A stretch of 64,000 nt of DNA from an uncultured Planctomycetaceae bacterium. GTDB lineage: Bacteria; Planctomycetota; Phycisphaerae; SM23-33. The notes under the pieces were generated by a model. It did no database searches. It had not been told where the DNA came from and was given only the letters and a program-made list of their open reading frames with translations. The stretch is from contig CAZVYJ010000008.1 in NCBI GenBank assembly GCA_964631565.1, forward strand, positions 12,192 to 76,191. The letters are read 5' to 3'. A program made the translations under genes and the position numbers. This document shows, piece by piece, positions 1 through 10,013 of the stretch (position 1 is its first letter; the number at the start of each line of letters is the position of its first letter).

Positions 1-440
1 CCGCGAACCTTGGTTTCCATGGCCTTCGGACCGAATCCGAGCAGCGCACCGTTCAGATATATGTTCTCTATGCCCGAAAGCTCCGGGTTGAACCCTGCGC
101 CCAGTTCGATAAGCGGCGCGATTCGTCCTCGGACGCGTATCGTGCCGGTCGTCGGGTGGTATATCCCGCAGATAAGTTTCAGCAGCGTGCTCTTGCCTGC
201 TCCGTTGGGGCCTATTATTCCAAGCCGCTGGCCGTGCTCGATTTTCAGATTGATGTCCTGGAACAGCCAGAAGTCACTGTGGCTGCTGTACGACCGGCGC
301 AGGAGCGTGTTGAGAATCGTCTGCTTGATTGACGGATATCTGTCCCCGTACTTGCGGAAGCGCAGGGAAGCACTGCTTATTTCGATTTCGGCGTATCGGC
401 CGTCGCCGTTGTTACAGTTTGAATATGAAGTCACGCTCAT
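1..440 (-). CDS. ABC transporter ATP-binding protein, polysaccharide-export type (Wzt/TagH/KpsT-like). The C-terminal part is truncated by the window start.
   Basis: Reverse-complement translation from the ATG at 440 gives MSVTSYSNCNNGDGRYAEIEISSASLRFRKYGD...GIIGPNGAGKSTLLKLICGIY (Walker A). It lies immediately downstream of an ABC-2 permease, overlapping it slightly. Confidence 0.8.
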   Translation of the reverse strand, partial: MSVTSYSNCNNGDGRYAEIEISSASLRFRKYGDRYPSIKQTILNTLLRRSYSSHSDFWLFQDINLKIEHGQRLGIIGPNGAGKSTLLKLICGIYHPTTGTIRVRGRIAPLIELGAGFNPELSGIENIYLNGALLGFGPKAMETKVR

Positions 441-1347
441 TTGCCTTGTAAGCAATATAACCAACCGCAAGAATGATAAATGAGGCCGCCGCAGCCGACA
501 CATATGCCGGCCATTCAGGCCACTGCCCACGATAAAACGCGCACTGGAAAAACGCCAGGATGTGCGTCATGGGGTTCAGTTTCATTATCCACTGGTGCCG
601 CCCGATCATCTGCGGTTCGTACATTATCGGGCACAGGAAATAATATATCTGCAGAAGCACGGTTATGATGTGCTCGAAGTCCCGGAATTTTGTTTCGAGC
701 GTCATGCCTATCAGAGTCACGCCGAGCGTGAAGGCCATCAGAAAAACAAAACCCAGCGGAAGGAGAACCAGCTGAATGTAAAGCGGCGCTCCGATGAACT
801 GTAAAATTATGAAAAGGGCGACCATGGCGAAGCACATGTTCACGCCCGCGACCATCACTTCGGAGAGGGGGAATATCAGTTTCTGGACGGAAACTTTTTT
901 TATAAGCCCTTCGTTGGACAGCAGGCTTTTGCTTCCGCAGGCGACCGACCCGGCGAAAAACTGCCACGGAATAAGCCCGCTGAAAAGGAACACTGCGTAG
1001 TCCGCCAGATTGATCTTCATTATCTGGCTCCATACGAGGGCCAGGACGGTCATCATCAGCATCGGGTTCAGCAGCGTCCACAGGAACCCCAGCGCGCTGC
1101 GCTGGTAGCGGACCTTTATCTGCCCCAGCACAAGGTTCCGCAGGACGAAGCGGAACCTCTGCAGGTCCCTGATGTCCGCTGCGACAGCTTTGACTATGCG
1201 GAAAGGCGACAATCGCTGGATCAGCGTTGTCCTTTCCGCTGTAACAATTGTTTCCAGGAAATCCGTACCCGGCATCTGCCTGTTTCTCCGACTCGGCATT
1301 TTTATGGAACTGGTGTCAGTGTAAGAACACCTTTGCGGAAAGGTCAA
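412..1347 (-). CDS. ABC-2 type polysaccharide/O-antigen export permease (Wzm/KpsM/TagG-like)
   Basis: 311 aa with six TM segments. The motif QIKVRYQRSALGFLWTLLNPMLMM is typical of ABC-2 exporters. It is paired with the downstream ATPase. Confidence 0.85.
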   Translation of the reverse strand: MTFPQRCSYTDTSSIKMPSRRNRQMPGTDFLETIVTAERTTLIQRLSPFRIVKAVAADIRDLQRFRFVLRNLVLGQIKVRYQRSALGFLWTLLNPMLMMTVLALVWSQIMKINLADYAVFLFSGLIPWQFFAGSVACGSKSLLSNEGLIKKVSVQKLIFPLSEVMVAGVNMCFAMVALFIILQFIGAPLYIQLVLLPLGFVFLMAFTLGVTLIGMTLETKFRDFEHIITVLLQIYYFLCPIMYEPQMIGRHQWIMKLNPMTHILAFFQCAFYRGQWPEWPAYVSAAAASFIILAVGYIAYKANERDFIFKL

Positions 1348-1431
1348 TATTCGTTCCGATGTTATTTGTAAAGTCTGTCTGTTCCACGAGGGTGCACATG
1401 GGCAGGACAGGCCGTGATTGTACTGTCCTTG

Positions 1432-2610
1432 TCAGCTTTTTTGCATGACTGCAGCAATTGCCTCTTTGTGCTTTGCCGCGGCGAGAGACCACGAAAATTC
1501 CGCCGCTCTTGCCCGACCGGCCCGGCCGGCCGCCAGCCGCCAGTCCGCGTCGGATATCGACCGCAGCATCGCTTTCCGCCACCCGTCCGTGTCCGTTGGC
1601 GGCAGGTTTACCGCGGCGTCCGCACCGACCTCGCGGAAGGCCGGTATGTCGGAGCAGATAACCGCCGTGCCGCAGGCCATGGCCTCGAGAACAGGCAGTC
1701 CGAATCCTTCATAATAAGACGGCGCAAGCAGCGCATCGGCGCCGGCAAGCAGCACCGCGAGCTGGCCGTCGCTTGCATAGCCCGTGGTAAGCGCTTCGCC
1801 GGCGATGGGGTGCTGAATCAGGCTTCGCCAGAAATCGGGCCGTCCCCAGCCTATCGGTCCGGCAAGCACGAGTTTTACTTCGTTTCGGACATCGACAGGC
1901 AGCGACGAATACGCGTCGAGAATGGTAGAGATATTTTTTCTAGGCTCGATAGCGCCTACATGCAGCAGGTATCGCTGCGGCAGGTGGGCCGACTTCTTTA
2001 CACCGGCGATTTTGTCCGACGTCGGGAAAGGCAGCGGGCGTGCAGCCAGCGGAATCACGCAAATCTTTTCCGCCGGAATGCCCCATGTCTCCTGCATTCT
2101 CTCGCCGGTGAACTCAGATACGGCGATGAAGCGGCTGGTGGCCGCCAGCGATTCTGCCAGGTCCGCCTCCCACTGTTTGACGCGGTCCGGCGGGTGCCAC
2201 TCGGGGTGCTCGACGACCGAGAGGTCGTGAATGGTTGTCACTGTCGGACAGCCGCAATCTATCGCCAGGTAATTTGGTTCGAAGCAGGCAGAGTATTTTC
2301 CTCGTCGCATGGTTCTCCGGAACGTCCACGCGTACATTTTCTGAATTCGCCTGCGGGACCAGTTGGGCAGTCTCACGGCCAGTCTTGCCGGCTGGCCGGC
2401 TGCACTAAGAGGCCTGAGCGTAATCGGGCGGGGATCGGAACTGTGCATCTCCGTCAGATTTTTGCCGCTCTTGTCCATGTACATCGAACAGAACCCCACC
2501 GGCGATATATCCGCCTCGCCCGGCCAGTTGGCGAGTATGTTCCGCAGGTAAACCGACACGCCGGTTCCGCCGCGATAAAGGCATCTGTCATTGACGAGAA
2601 ATTCACGCAT
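1432..2610 (-). CDS. Glycosyltransferase family 4 (GT1 fold)
   Basis: 392 aa. The C-terminal EGFGLPVLEAMACGTAVICSDIP motif is the GT4 nucleotide-sugar binding signature. It is adjacent to the ABC exporter. Confidence 0.85.
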   Translation of the reverse strand: MREFLVNDRCLYRGGTGVSVYLRNILANWPGEADISPVGFCSMYMDKSGKNLTEMHSSDPRPITLRPLSAAGQPARLAVRLPNWSRRRIQKMYAWTFRRTMRRGKYSACFEPNYLAIDCGCPTVTTIHDLSVVEHPEWHPPDRVKQWEADLAESLAATSRFIAVSEFTGERMQETWGIPAEKICVIPLAARPLPFPTSDKIAGVKKSAHLPQRYLLHVGAIEPRKNISTILDAYSSLPVDVRNEVKLVLAGPIGWGRPDFWRSLIQHPIAGEALTTGYASDGQLAVLLAGADALLAPSYYEGFGLPVLEAMACGTAVICSDIPAFREVGADAAVNLPPTDTDGWRKAMLRSISDADWRLAAGRAGRARAAEFSWSLAAAKHKEAIAAVMQKS

Positions 2611-2637
2611 TGTTTTTCAAAACCACCCGGCTGGATA

Positions 2638-3756
2638 TCAGATATTTTTGCCGCTTATGAGTGCAGCAGTGAACTTGCCGAGGATGTTCTGGTTCGCGAA
2701 CAGCAGCGGCAGCAGCATTTGCAGCGATGTGCTCGGCGGACGAAGATAATTTGCGAGCGACTTGCGCCAGTGCGTTTTGAACTTCATCAGGATTTCCTGC
2801 AGTTTCACGCCGGCGAGGGCTTCTTCGGTGACTTCCGCGCCAAGCAGGGCCGACCGCACGCTTGGCATGAGAGTGTGTCCGGTTACGCTTTCAGCGAATC
2901 CGCCTGCGGTTCCCACCAGCAGACATCTTTTGGCGACGTGGGTTTCCATGTCCAGCGCCGCCCCGGCCGGCGGATGCCACACCGCGCCTTTCGCCCGGCC
3001 CAGCGGCAGGTTAGCCGGAAGCAACTCCGCCTGCTGGAGGCCGGCCAACATTGCGGACAGCCTGTCGCCTTGTGTGCCCGATGACGGCGACGATGAAACT
3101 ATCCGCACGTGAATCACGGACCCGGCTACGAAAAATATGCCTATCTCCGTCCGCTCGGGACATTCGACGACGTGCATGCTGCCGGCGATTTTTCTTGTCG
3201 CCTTGCCGGCGGGAATGGGGATGTCAAGGCCGGCGGCCACGATTTCGTCCTGTGCCACCGTCCGAATCGGCAGGGCGAGGGCGTTCAGAACCGCGGCGGG
3301 CTGGCCCTGGGCTATTATCAGCAGCCGAGATTGTATTGGATTACTGTTGAACAGGCGGACGCCTTCCTCCTCGATGTGTATCTCCGGGAAGTGCTTGGCA
3401 TGACGAAATTCGACTTTGGCTTTTTGGGCCGCAGCCCGCATCGCCGAGCGCAGTTCGTCCGAACGGACAAAATACCCCAGTGTCGAGCGTGATTTGTATT
3501 CTATGTGCTTGCTGAAGTCGGCATTGTGGTAGCAGACGCTGTGGAACTCGGACGCCCCTGATGCCTTTATCAGGGATTTCGGCAAATCCCGCTGCTTGAA
3601 GAAGTCGCCCGGCGCCCATTCCGCTATCGGGCTTTCCGAAGTTTCGCTGGGGCAGTCCACCAGCGCAACACTGAGGCCTCGGCTCGCCAGTCGGTGCGCC
3701 GCGGCGCAACCGGCCGGATTGGCGCCTATAACTGCGACGTCATATATCTTTGACAT
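2638..3756 (-). CDS. FAD-dependent oxidoreductase (geranylgeranyl reductase / NAD(P)/FAD-binding family)
   Basis: Start trimmed to the internal Met MSKIYDVAVIGANPAGCAAAHRLASRG, a Rossmann GxGxxG FAD-binding N-terminus. The ORF-track start at 3864 is probably over-extended. Confidence 0.7.
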   Translation of the reverse strand: MSKIYDVAVIGANPAGCAAAHRLASRGLSVALVDCPSETSESPIAEWAPGDFFKQRDLPKSLIKASGASEFHSVCYHNADFSKHIEYKSRSTLGYFVRSDELRSAMRAAAQKAKVEFRHAKHFPEIHIEEEGVRLFNSNPIQSRLLIIAQGQPAAVLNALALPIRTVAQDEIVAAGLDIPIPAGKATRKIAGSMHVVECPERTEIGIFFVAGSVIHVRIVSSSPSSGTQGDRLSAMLAGLQQAELLPANLPLGRAKGAVWHPPAGAALDMETHVAKRCLLVGTAGGFAESVTGHTLMPSVRSALLGAEVTEEALAGVKLQEILMKFKTHWRKSLANYLRPPSTSLQMLLPLLFANQNILGKFTAALISGKNI

Positions 3757-3900
3757 GGGCGATAGGCTAACTGGGCATGGCTGCTTTGGCAAGTGCGACA
3801 GCAGGGCATTATATGCCCTGGTGCAAAATATGAACAAAGGTGTAAAAATGTGAAAAAAATTCATCTTGTTATCCCGCCTGCCTGTGGGTAAAAAAATGCC

Positions 3901-4305
3901 ATGAAGATCAAGATTGCATTATCGGTGCTGCTGACCACGACGCTGCTTGCCGGCTGCGTCGAAAGGAAGATGACAATAACCTCCGAGCCGTCGGGAGCGC
4001 TGGTAATCATATCCGACAAGGAAATCGGCCGAACGCCGCTGACTCATCGCTTCACGTGGTACGGCGATTACGACGTGATACTCCGTATGGAAGGGTATGA
4101 CACGCTGAAGACGCACGCACGCCTTACACCGCCGGCCTATGAGATTCCGCCGTTCGACCTGCTCAGCGCCATCGTGCCGTGGACCTATCACGATGAGCGA
4201 TATCTGCATTTCAAAATGGAAAAACTGACGCTGCCGACCGAGGCGGAGCTTATCAAAAGGGCGGATGAAATGCAGAAGGAAACGCTCGAACCGGTGGAAC
4301 GCTGA
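3901..4305 (+). CDS. PEGA-domain lipoprotein
   Basis: Signal peptide plus lipobox LLAGC. The segment ITSEPSGALVIISDKEIGRTPLTHRFTWYGDYDVILRMEGYDT matches the PEGA domain pattern. Confidence 0.6.
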   Translation: MKIKIALSVLLTTTLLAGCVERKMTITSEPSGALVIISDKEIGRTPLTHRFTWYGDYDVILRMEGYDTLKTHARLTPPAYEIPPFDLLSAIVPWTYHDERYLHFKMEKLTLPTEAELIKRADEMQKETLEPVER

Positions 4306-4349
4306 AAAAAGCGTTTGTCGTCGTCTCGGCGGGGGTTCTTCTGTTTAAT

Positions 4350-5207
4350 TTACTGCCACCCCATTTTCTGAAGCATCTCCATAAATGCCGCTGATACCGG
4401 TATCTGTTCCGGCTGCACCCTAGTAATGGACACCCGTGTAAATGTTATCCCATGATCCGGCAGGTCTATCTGTTTGATTTCGCCGTCGCTATCAAGGTGA
4501 TATATCTGGGTTAATCCGCCGAGCATTGAACTTCTGGTCCGTATAGTGTTCTTATCAAGCGGTTCTATGGTCAGGTCGGTGAATTGAACATTGTTTCCGA
4601 TGAAAATACTGTCATCAACGGCCATACAGAAGCCTGCCGATTCACCGCTTTTAGCCACAAGTCGGAGTACAGGCAGCATGGCTCCGTCCGGGATATAGTT
4701 TGCGGGGATATCTGCGGTTCCTGACAGCGGCTTCCACATGCCGTGGATTTTCTGATGACTGGTGACGGAAGATTTTCCGTCCTTGAGTATTATTTCGGTC
4801 CGGAGCTGGTTGGTCCGTCCCTGGTAATAGCACTCGCTCAGGTCGTCGGCCAGTCCGCAGGTGCTTTCAACATCATTTCGCCCCTCATTTGTCAGGCGCG
4901 TTTCTTCTGTTTCGCTCAGAAACCGGCCGTCTCTGAACCATCGGAATTCCGTACGTTCTCCTATTATTTTGCCCTCGTGGTTACGGGCAATAAAGACGGC
5001 CTGCATGAACTGCGTGTCCATCTGTTCTGACAGGTTTTTGCTGCGGAGGGTTTTGATGATTTCCTCGCCTCGCCCTCTCGGCAGCGTGGTTTTTACCGTT
5101 ATCAGCCAGTAAACGCCTCCGACACTCAGAAGGAGAATTACGAACATTACGACAGCAATAACTGCGGGCCTTCCGTGCGGGGACTCTATTTTGAAATTGT
5201 TTGTCAT
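4350..5207 (-). CDS. Hypothetical membrane-anchored protein
   Basis: 285-aa ORF with an N-terminal TM helix (VIAVVMFVILLLSVGGVYWLI). No recognisable domain. Confidence 0.5.
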   Translation of the reverse strand: MTNNFKIESPHGRPAVIAVVMFVILLLSVGGVYWLITVKTTLPRGRGEEIIKTLRSKNLSEQMDTQFMQAVFIARNHEGKIIGERTEFRWFRDGRFLSETEETRLTNEGRNDVESTCGLADDLSECYYQGRTNQLRTEIILKDGKSSVTSHQKIHGMWKPLSGTADIPANYIPDGAMLPVLRLVAKSGESAGFCMAVDDSIFIGNNVQFTDLTIEPLDKNTIRTRSSMLGGLTQIYHLDSDGEIKQIDLPDHGITFTRVSITRVQPEQIPVSAAFMEMLQKMGWQ

Positions 5208-5341
5208 ACAGGCATGTTAATCGTCATGAAGGCTTGATGTAAAGGGTTACGCTTGACGCTTATATACGGCATAGGTCACAATAAGACGAAATCGTAGCCG
5301 GCAGAGACGATCAGGCTGCAGCGTTACAGGAGTAATCGCTT

Positions 5342-7300
5342 TTGGCAAAAAGACGAAATCGCACCATATCCGTCGAGCAGACCGCAGATTTAGGCATACT
5401 TGAGCATAATCCGCCGCAAGAGATATTCCGGCGGCGGCTTGAGTTGCGCAGGCGGCTTAGCGTGGCGCTGCTCGCGCTGCTGACGGTGGTGCTGCTTACT
5501 GTTTCATTCGCTCCGTTCGATTGCTGGTATCTGGCGTATTTTGCGCTGGTTCCGTGGGTGCTCGCCCTGGATGCCGGAACGGGACGAAAATGGGCGCTGT
5601 TATGGGGGTGGCTGGCCGGCGTTGTTTTCTGGGCGGCAAATCTGTACTGGCTGTGGTGGATAACACTGCCCGGTTATGCCGCACTGGTTCTGTACCTGTC
5701 CGCCTACTGGTTCGTTGCGGCGGCATTGACCCGCTCCGCCACGAAGCGCAACTGTCCCATGTGGATTGTGCTGCCGGTCGTTTGGGTTGCCCTTGAATTC
5801 GCCCGCGCGTACGTCATCGGAGGATTTCCGTGGTTCTATCTGGCGCATAGCCAGTATGCCCAGACGAGGCTGATACAGATTGCCGATACCACCGGCCAGT
5901 ATGGCGTATCCTTTTTCGTCGCCATGGTGAACGGGGCCATCGTTGATATGCTTGCCTCGCCGCTGTTTGTCCGGTCACGGCTGGGCGGCAAAATAGGCAA
6001 ACGCATACTTGTCGGCATTGGAGTTTCTATTCTGGCATGTGCGGCGATGCTGTTTTACGGAGTGTGGCGGGTAGGGCAGGACACCTGCAAACCGGGTCCG
6101 GTAATAGGAATCGTGCAGGAATCATTCCCCATTACACTGAATGGACAGGAAGCCTCGCCTGAAAAAATTTTCGACGACCATCGCAGGGCATGCGACAAAT
6201 TCATTGGACACAACTGCGACCTGGTCATCTGGCCGGAAACAATGCTGCCAAGAGCGATAAACGCAGAAATGCTCGATGTAAAACTGGACAAACTCGTCGG
6301 CGATGACCTCCGGGCGCTGGCGGACAGGTTTTTCGCAGGCTCAGTGAAACTGTCGGACTATTCCAACGAAGAAATTCTCTCCGCCCTTACGAACATCATC
6401 GAAGGCTCGGGTGAGTCCGGCACGAAAAACGGCTGCAGACGTTTCTATGCCGGACAGATGGGCGAGCTTTCTAAGGCGCTGGGATGCCCGATACTGGCGG
6501 GCGGCTCGTCGATACATCGCAACGCGCTGGCGGCCGACCCTCGTGACAAATGGGAAGTGCGCAACAGCGCATTGTGGTTTGACGGATCGTGGCGGAATTC
6601 GGCAATATATTCAAAAATGCATCTTGTTCCGCTGAGCGAATATGTTCCTTTCAAGGACAGCTGGCGGGGACTGCATGACCTGCTGCGAAGTTTCGTTCCG
6701 CAGTCGATGGACCAGCTCGCTCCCGGCAAGTCCACCAGGCCGTTCGAGCTTAACAGAGGCGGCAAAACATGGCACATTGCAAGCCCGATATGTTACGAAG
6801 GCACTTTCGCAAGAATCTGCCGGAAGCTGGTTATGGCCGACGGGAAAAAACAGGCCGACATCATAGTCAACCTGTCGAACGACGGCTGGTTCGTTTATAA
6901 ATGGAAAAATGTATACCGCGCCAGCACGGAACAGTCGCAGCATCTGGCGTCGTATTGTTTTCGGGCGATAGAAAACCGGGTGCCCGTCGTAAGAGCGGTT
7001 AACACGGGCATCAGTGCATCTATAACGTCAAATGGAAAAATAGAGACGGCTGTCGAATTCAGGCAGGGCGATTTCGTGAAAAGAACCATGATATCCGGTA
7101 CACTGCTGCTGAACGGCGAGCCGACCGGTTCAAAGGAATATGTGCCCGGCCGGGGGCCACGAGTACTTGTAGATTCGCGGGTTAGCGTGTACAGTCTTGT
7201 GGGCGACGTTTTCGCTCTCGTGGTCAGCGGGGCCGCCCTGGCTCTTGCAGCTGTGTTGATATTATTCAAACGAAAACGCACGGATTTAGGAGCTGCATAG
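5342..7300 (+). CDS. lnt: Apolipoprotein N-acyltransferase
   Basis: N-terminal polytopic membrane domain followed by a nitrilase/CN-hydrolase domain with the catalytic Cys in SPICYEGTF. The start shown is a TTG; the true start may be a downstream TTG/GTG around 5435-5460. Confidence 0.85.
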   Translation: MAKRRNRTISVEQTADLGILEHNPPQEIFRRRLELRRRLSVALLALLTVVLLTVSFAPFDCWYLAYFALVPWVLALDAGTGRKWALLWGWLAGVVFWAANLYWLWWITLPGYAALVLYLSAYWFVAAALTRSATKRNCPMWIVLPVVWVALEFARAYVIGGFPWFYLAHSQYAQTRLIQIADTTGQYGVSFFVAMVNGAIVDMLASPLFVRSRLGGKIGKRILVGIGVSILACAAMLFYGVWRVGQDTCKPGPVIGIVQESFPITLNGQEASPEKIFDDHRRACDKFIGHNCDLVIWPETMLPRAINAEMLDVKLDKLVGDDLRALADRFFAGSVKLSDYSNEEILSALTNIIEGSGESGTKNGCRRFYAGQMGELSKALGCPILAGGSSIHRNALAADPRDKWEVRNSALWFDGSWRNSAIYSKMHLVPLSEYVPFKDSWRGLHDLLRSFVPQSMDQLAPGKSTRPFELNRGGKTWHIASPICYEGTFARICRKLVMADGKKQADIIVNLSNDGWFVYKWKNVYRASTEQSQHLASYCFRAIENRVPVVRAVNTGISASITSNGKIETAVEFRQGDFVKRTMISGTLLLNGEPTGSKEYVPGRGPRVLVDSRVSVYSLVGDVFALVVSGAALALAAVLILFKRKRTDLGAA

Positions 7301-8541
7301 TGATTCGGTTCATGTTTTTGGCTCAGATTGCAGCAGCGGTGACGGCTTCATGCGTCATGCCTGGATGCGTCGACGGACGTAAAAGCTACGACCCCACACT
7401 GGCGATTATCGATGCACGTGCGCAACTTTATCAGGATGCCGACAATATCGGCCAGACAGACGGTTCCAAAAGCGCTGACGCGATAGCCGAAGCACGAACC
7501 TGTCGTTCCAATGCCATCGAGGCACTTGCCGAAGTTGAAGGCGCCAAAGCCGGCGGAGTATTCATGCAGGCCCTCAAGGACAAAGACCCCATGATCCGTT
7601 TCGCCGCAGCGATGGCGATAGGGGACACTAGGTATGCGCCCGCTCTTAATTATCTGAAAAAGATGGCCGACCCGGCCGAAAGATTTGAACCTGATAAACG
7701 CGTATTCTGCGCGGTCATTTATGCTCTTCATAAACTGGGTAATGATGACTATGCGAGCGAACTTGGCACTTTGTTGTTTGATCCGCAGCAGGAAGTCAGG
7801 GCCGACGTTGCGCTGGTTATGGGCAAGATGGGGGAAGAATCCGCTATAGAACCCCTCAATACACTGCTGTCAGATGAGCGGGAAGACAGCGTGAAGCTGG
7901 TTATCGTCGAGTCGCTCGCACTGCTGGGCGACCAGAAAAGCGCCTCTATGCTGGAGACGCATATAAAGCGGCGCTTTATCGAGGATCAGCTGATAGCGAT
8001 AAATGCCATGGCAAAGACTCCGACGCAGCACAGCGCTTATGTGTTGTACAACGTAATGACGCGGCTCAAGGAAGAAGTAATCGTCCGCTGCGCCGCCGCC
8101 GGCGCCTTGGCGAAGATCGGGCATCCGGAAAATTACGGATATGAATTGTGCGTCAACGCCCTGCAGCACCCTGAAGAGATAATGCGGGAAAAGAGCGGCG
8201 AAGGCAGGCCCATTACGGCAGTGGAGATTCGCAGGCTTCAGCAGGTTGCGGCGATGTCGCTTGGAGATATGGGCCGCAACGACGCAGTAGCCGTTTTGCT
8301 GCCTGTACTTAAATCAGACAAGCCAGCCGTCCGCATAGCCGCCGCCCGCAGCATACTCAAGCTGCTCAGTACGCCGGAACCGAAACCGACGTCGGACAAA
8401 GCTGAACCTGAAAACATCGCAAAACCGGATGAAACCGCCAAGTCTGAAAAGAAATCTCCGGAAGAGACGAAAGATGCCGAGGACGGCGAAACTCCGGCGG
8501 ACGACCGGCCCAGGCTGCACACTGCAGGCGGCAAAGACTGA
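7300..8541 (+). CDS. HEAT-repeat (PBS-lyase-like) lipoprotein
   Basis: GTG start overlapping the lnt stop. Signal/lipobox TASCVMPGC. Repeated alpha-helical HEAT-like units (e.g. DPMIRFAAAMAIGDT, QQEVRADVALVMGKMG, PAVRIAAARSILKL). Acidic/Lys-rich C-terminus. Confidence 0.65.
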   Translation: MIRFMFLAQIAAAVTASCVMPGCVDGRKSYDPTLAIIDARAQLYQDADNIGQTDGSKSADAIAEARTCRSNAIEALAEVEGAKAGGVFMQALKDKDPMIRFAAAMAIGDTRYAPALNYLKKMADPAERFEPDKRVFCAVIYALHKLGNDDYASELGTLLFDPQQEVRADVALVMGKMGEESAIEPLNTLLSDEREDSVKLVIVESLALLGDQKSASMLETHIKRRFIEDQLIAINAMAKTPTQHSAYVLYNVMTRLKEEVIVRCAAAGALAKIGHPENYGYELCVNALQHPEEIMREKSGEGRPITAVEIRRLQQVAAMSLGDMGRNDAVAVLLPVLKSDKPAVRIAAARSILKLLSTPEPKPTSDKAEPENIAKPDETAKSEKKSPEETKDAEDGETPADDRPRLHTAGGKD

Positions 8542-8573
8542 ATAATGCTGTGATTCTGAAACCTGAAATTTGC

Positions 8574-8601
8574 TTGACTTAACGTCCAGTAGAAATAGAA
8601 T
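8574..8601 (+). promoter_or_regulatory. Candidate sigma-70 promoter (TTGACT-N16-TAGAAT) for the coiled-coil protein/mreB transcription unit
   Basis: Hexamers seen directly in the 205-bp gap upstream of 8747. Confidence 0.3.
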
Positions 8602-8746
8602 TTGCTCGCGAAGGCTTGTTTATATAATAACCACGCACTATATAGTTTTTTATCCTTATAAACACGGATGGTTTCGGAAGTAAAAGGCTGGTCCGAATAT
8701 GTAACCGCTGCCGTACTGAGGCGGCGAACTCGAAGGAGAACTCGGT

Positions 8747-9586
8747 TTGAATATCTTGACTAAGATCTGCATCGTCATACTGGTGGTCCTGAACCTTGTG
8801 ATTAGCGGCGTTTTCATCAAGTTTGTAAGCGAATCGGCTAATTACAAGGACCTTTATAACGTGGAGCGCCAAAATAAGCTCGCTGCGGAACAGACTACCA
8901 AGCACTACGCCCTTGCCTTGGAAACTTCCAACCAGATGCACAAGGCCGAATCGGAAAAAAACAACAAGGCGCTTGCCGACGCCAAGGCTTTTATCGCAGA
9001 CCTGCAGAAGGAAATCGCCAAGCTTCAGGGCGAGGTTGTCACGCTGCAGTCCGACAAACAGTCGCTTCTGGCTGACACCACCAGGCTGACGCTGAATGAG
9101 CAGAAAAGCACCCAGATAACCGAAACAATCAGGCTCCAGCTTCAGAAAGCCAATGAAGATCTGCAGAAGCTCAACGAAGAAATCAACGCCCTGACCGTCA
9201 GCCTCAAGGAGGCCGTCGCACGGGCCGATCGCCAGGAAAAAGTGGTTCGTCTGCTTCGTGAACAGCTGCATGAGGAGCGGGAGCGTATAAAAACACTCAT
9301 CGCCAGCGGCGGCAAGGAACAGACGGGCGACACGAGCGGCGCCACTGTTACCGCAGACGTTGAGATTACCGGCAACATCACAAGCGTTGACCAGAACATA
9401 GCCGCAATCGACGTAGGCTCGGCCAAGGGCCTCAAGAATGGCATGAAGCTCATCGTATATCGCAACGACAAGTTTGTTGCGTATCTTCGGATTGAGGAAG
9501 TCGACGTTGACAGTGCTGCCGGCGTGATAGAGAAGAAACAGCTCGATCCGATCGTCGGCGACAAGGCAACCACAAAACTGGATTAG
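8747..9586 (+). CDS. Coiled-coil membrane-anchored protein (unknown function) directly upstream of mreB
   Basis: TTG start preceded by GGAG. N-terminal TM helix (ICIVILVVLNLVISGVFI), then ~170 aa of heptad-rich coiled coil (LQKEIAKLQGEVVTLQSDKQSLL...), then a small C-terminal domain. Confidence 0.55.
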   Translation: MNILTKICIVILVVLNLVISGVFIKFVSESANYKDLYNVERQNKLAAEQTTKHYALALETSNQMHKAESEKNNKALADAKAFIADLQKEIAKLQGEVVTLQSDKQSLLADTTRLTLNEQKSTQITETIRLQLQKANEDLQKLNEEINALTVSLKEAVARADRQEKVVRLLREQLHEERERIKTLIASGGKEQTGDTSGATVTADVEITGNITSVDQNIAAIDVGSAKGLKNGMKLIVYRNDKFVAYLRIEEVDVDSAAGVIEKKQLDPIVGDKATTKLD

Positions 9587-9603
9587 TTTCAGGGAGTGCC
9601 GAA

Positions 9604-9798
9604 ATGACCCAGATGTCTTCAGGTTCCGTCATACGCGTTAAGCCTCAGCCGAATATCTATACGATTCTGCTGGTGGTCGCCATATTGGTAGTCAGCGTTA
9701 CTCTGGGGCTGGTGCTCTACAAGCTGATGTCGCCGCTGCCCAATGGTTATGGGCTTGAATTCGGCGATATTTTTAAACCTTGGCAGAAACCGGTCTAG
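9604..9798 (+). CDS. Small membrane protein (hypothetical)
   Basis: 64 aa with a single TM helix (IYTILLVVAILVVSVTLGLVLY). Sits between the coiled-coil gene and mreB. Confidence 0.35.
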   Translation: MTQMSSGSVIRVKPQPNIYTILLVVAILVVSVTLGLVLYKLMSPLPNGYGLEFGDIFKPWQKPV

Positions 9799-10013
9799 GT
9801 AAGCCGGCGTTTACTATAAGTTAAGTCTCCGGCCAGCAATTTGTCGCCGGGGAGAGATTCATGTCGTTCGGGTGCCCGGCGCCGAGTCGTCGCGCGACGG
9901 CTGAATGAGAAACCCGACCGGTCTGTGCGTTGCAATCGACCCCTGAGGGGTCGCTGTGCAGCATGGCCCGATGTCGGACAGAGTAAGCTGTCGACGCAAT
10001 GGGAAGGCTTGCA

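Noticed and set aside
1414-3084. 556-aa ORF on the plus strand spanning the GT4 and FAD-oxidoreductase genes
   Set aside because: It is antisense to two genes with clear family motifs (EGFGLPVLEAMACG; GxGxxG). Its Arg/Pro/Gly-rich composition is typical of spurious high-GC antisense ORFs.
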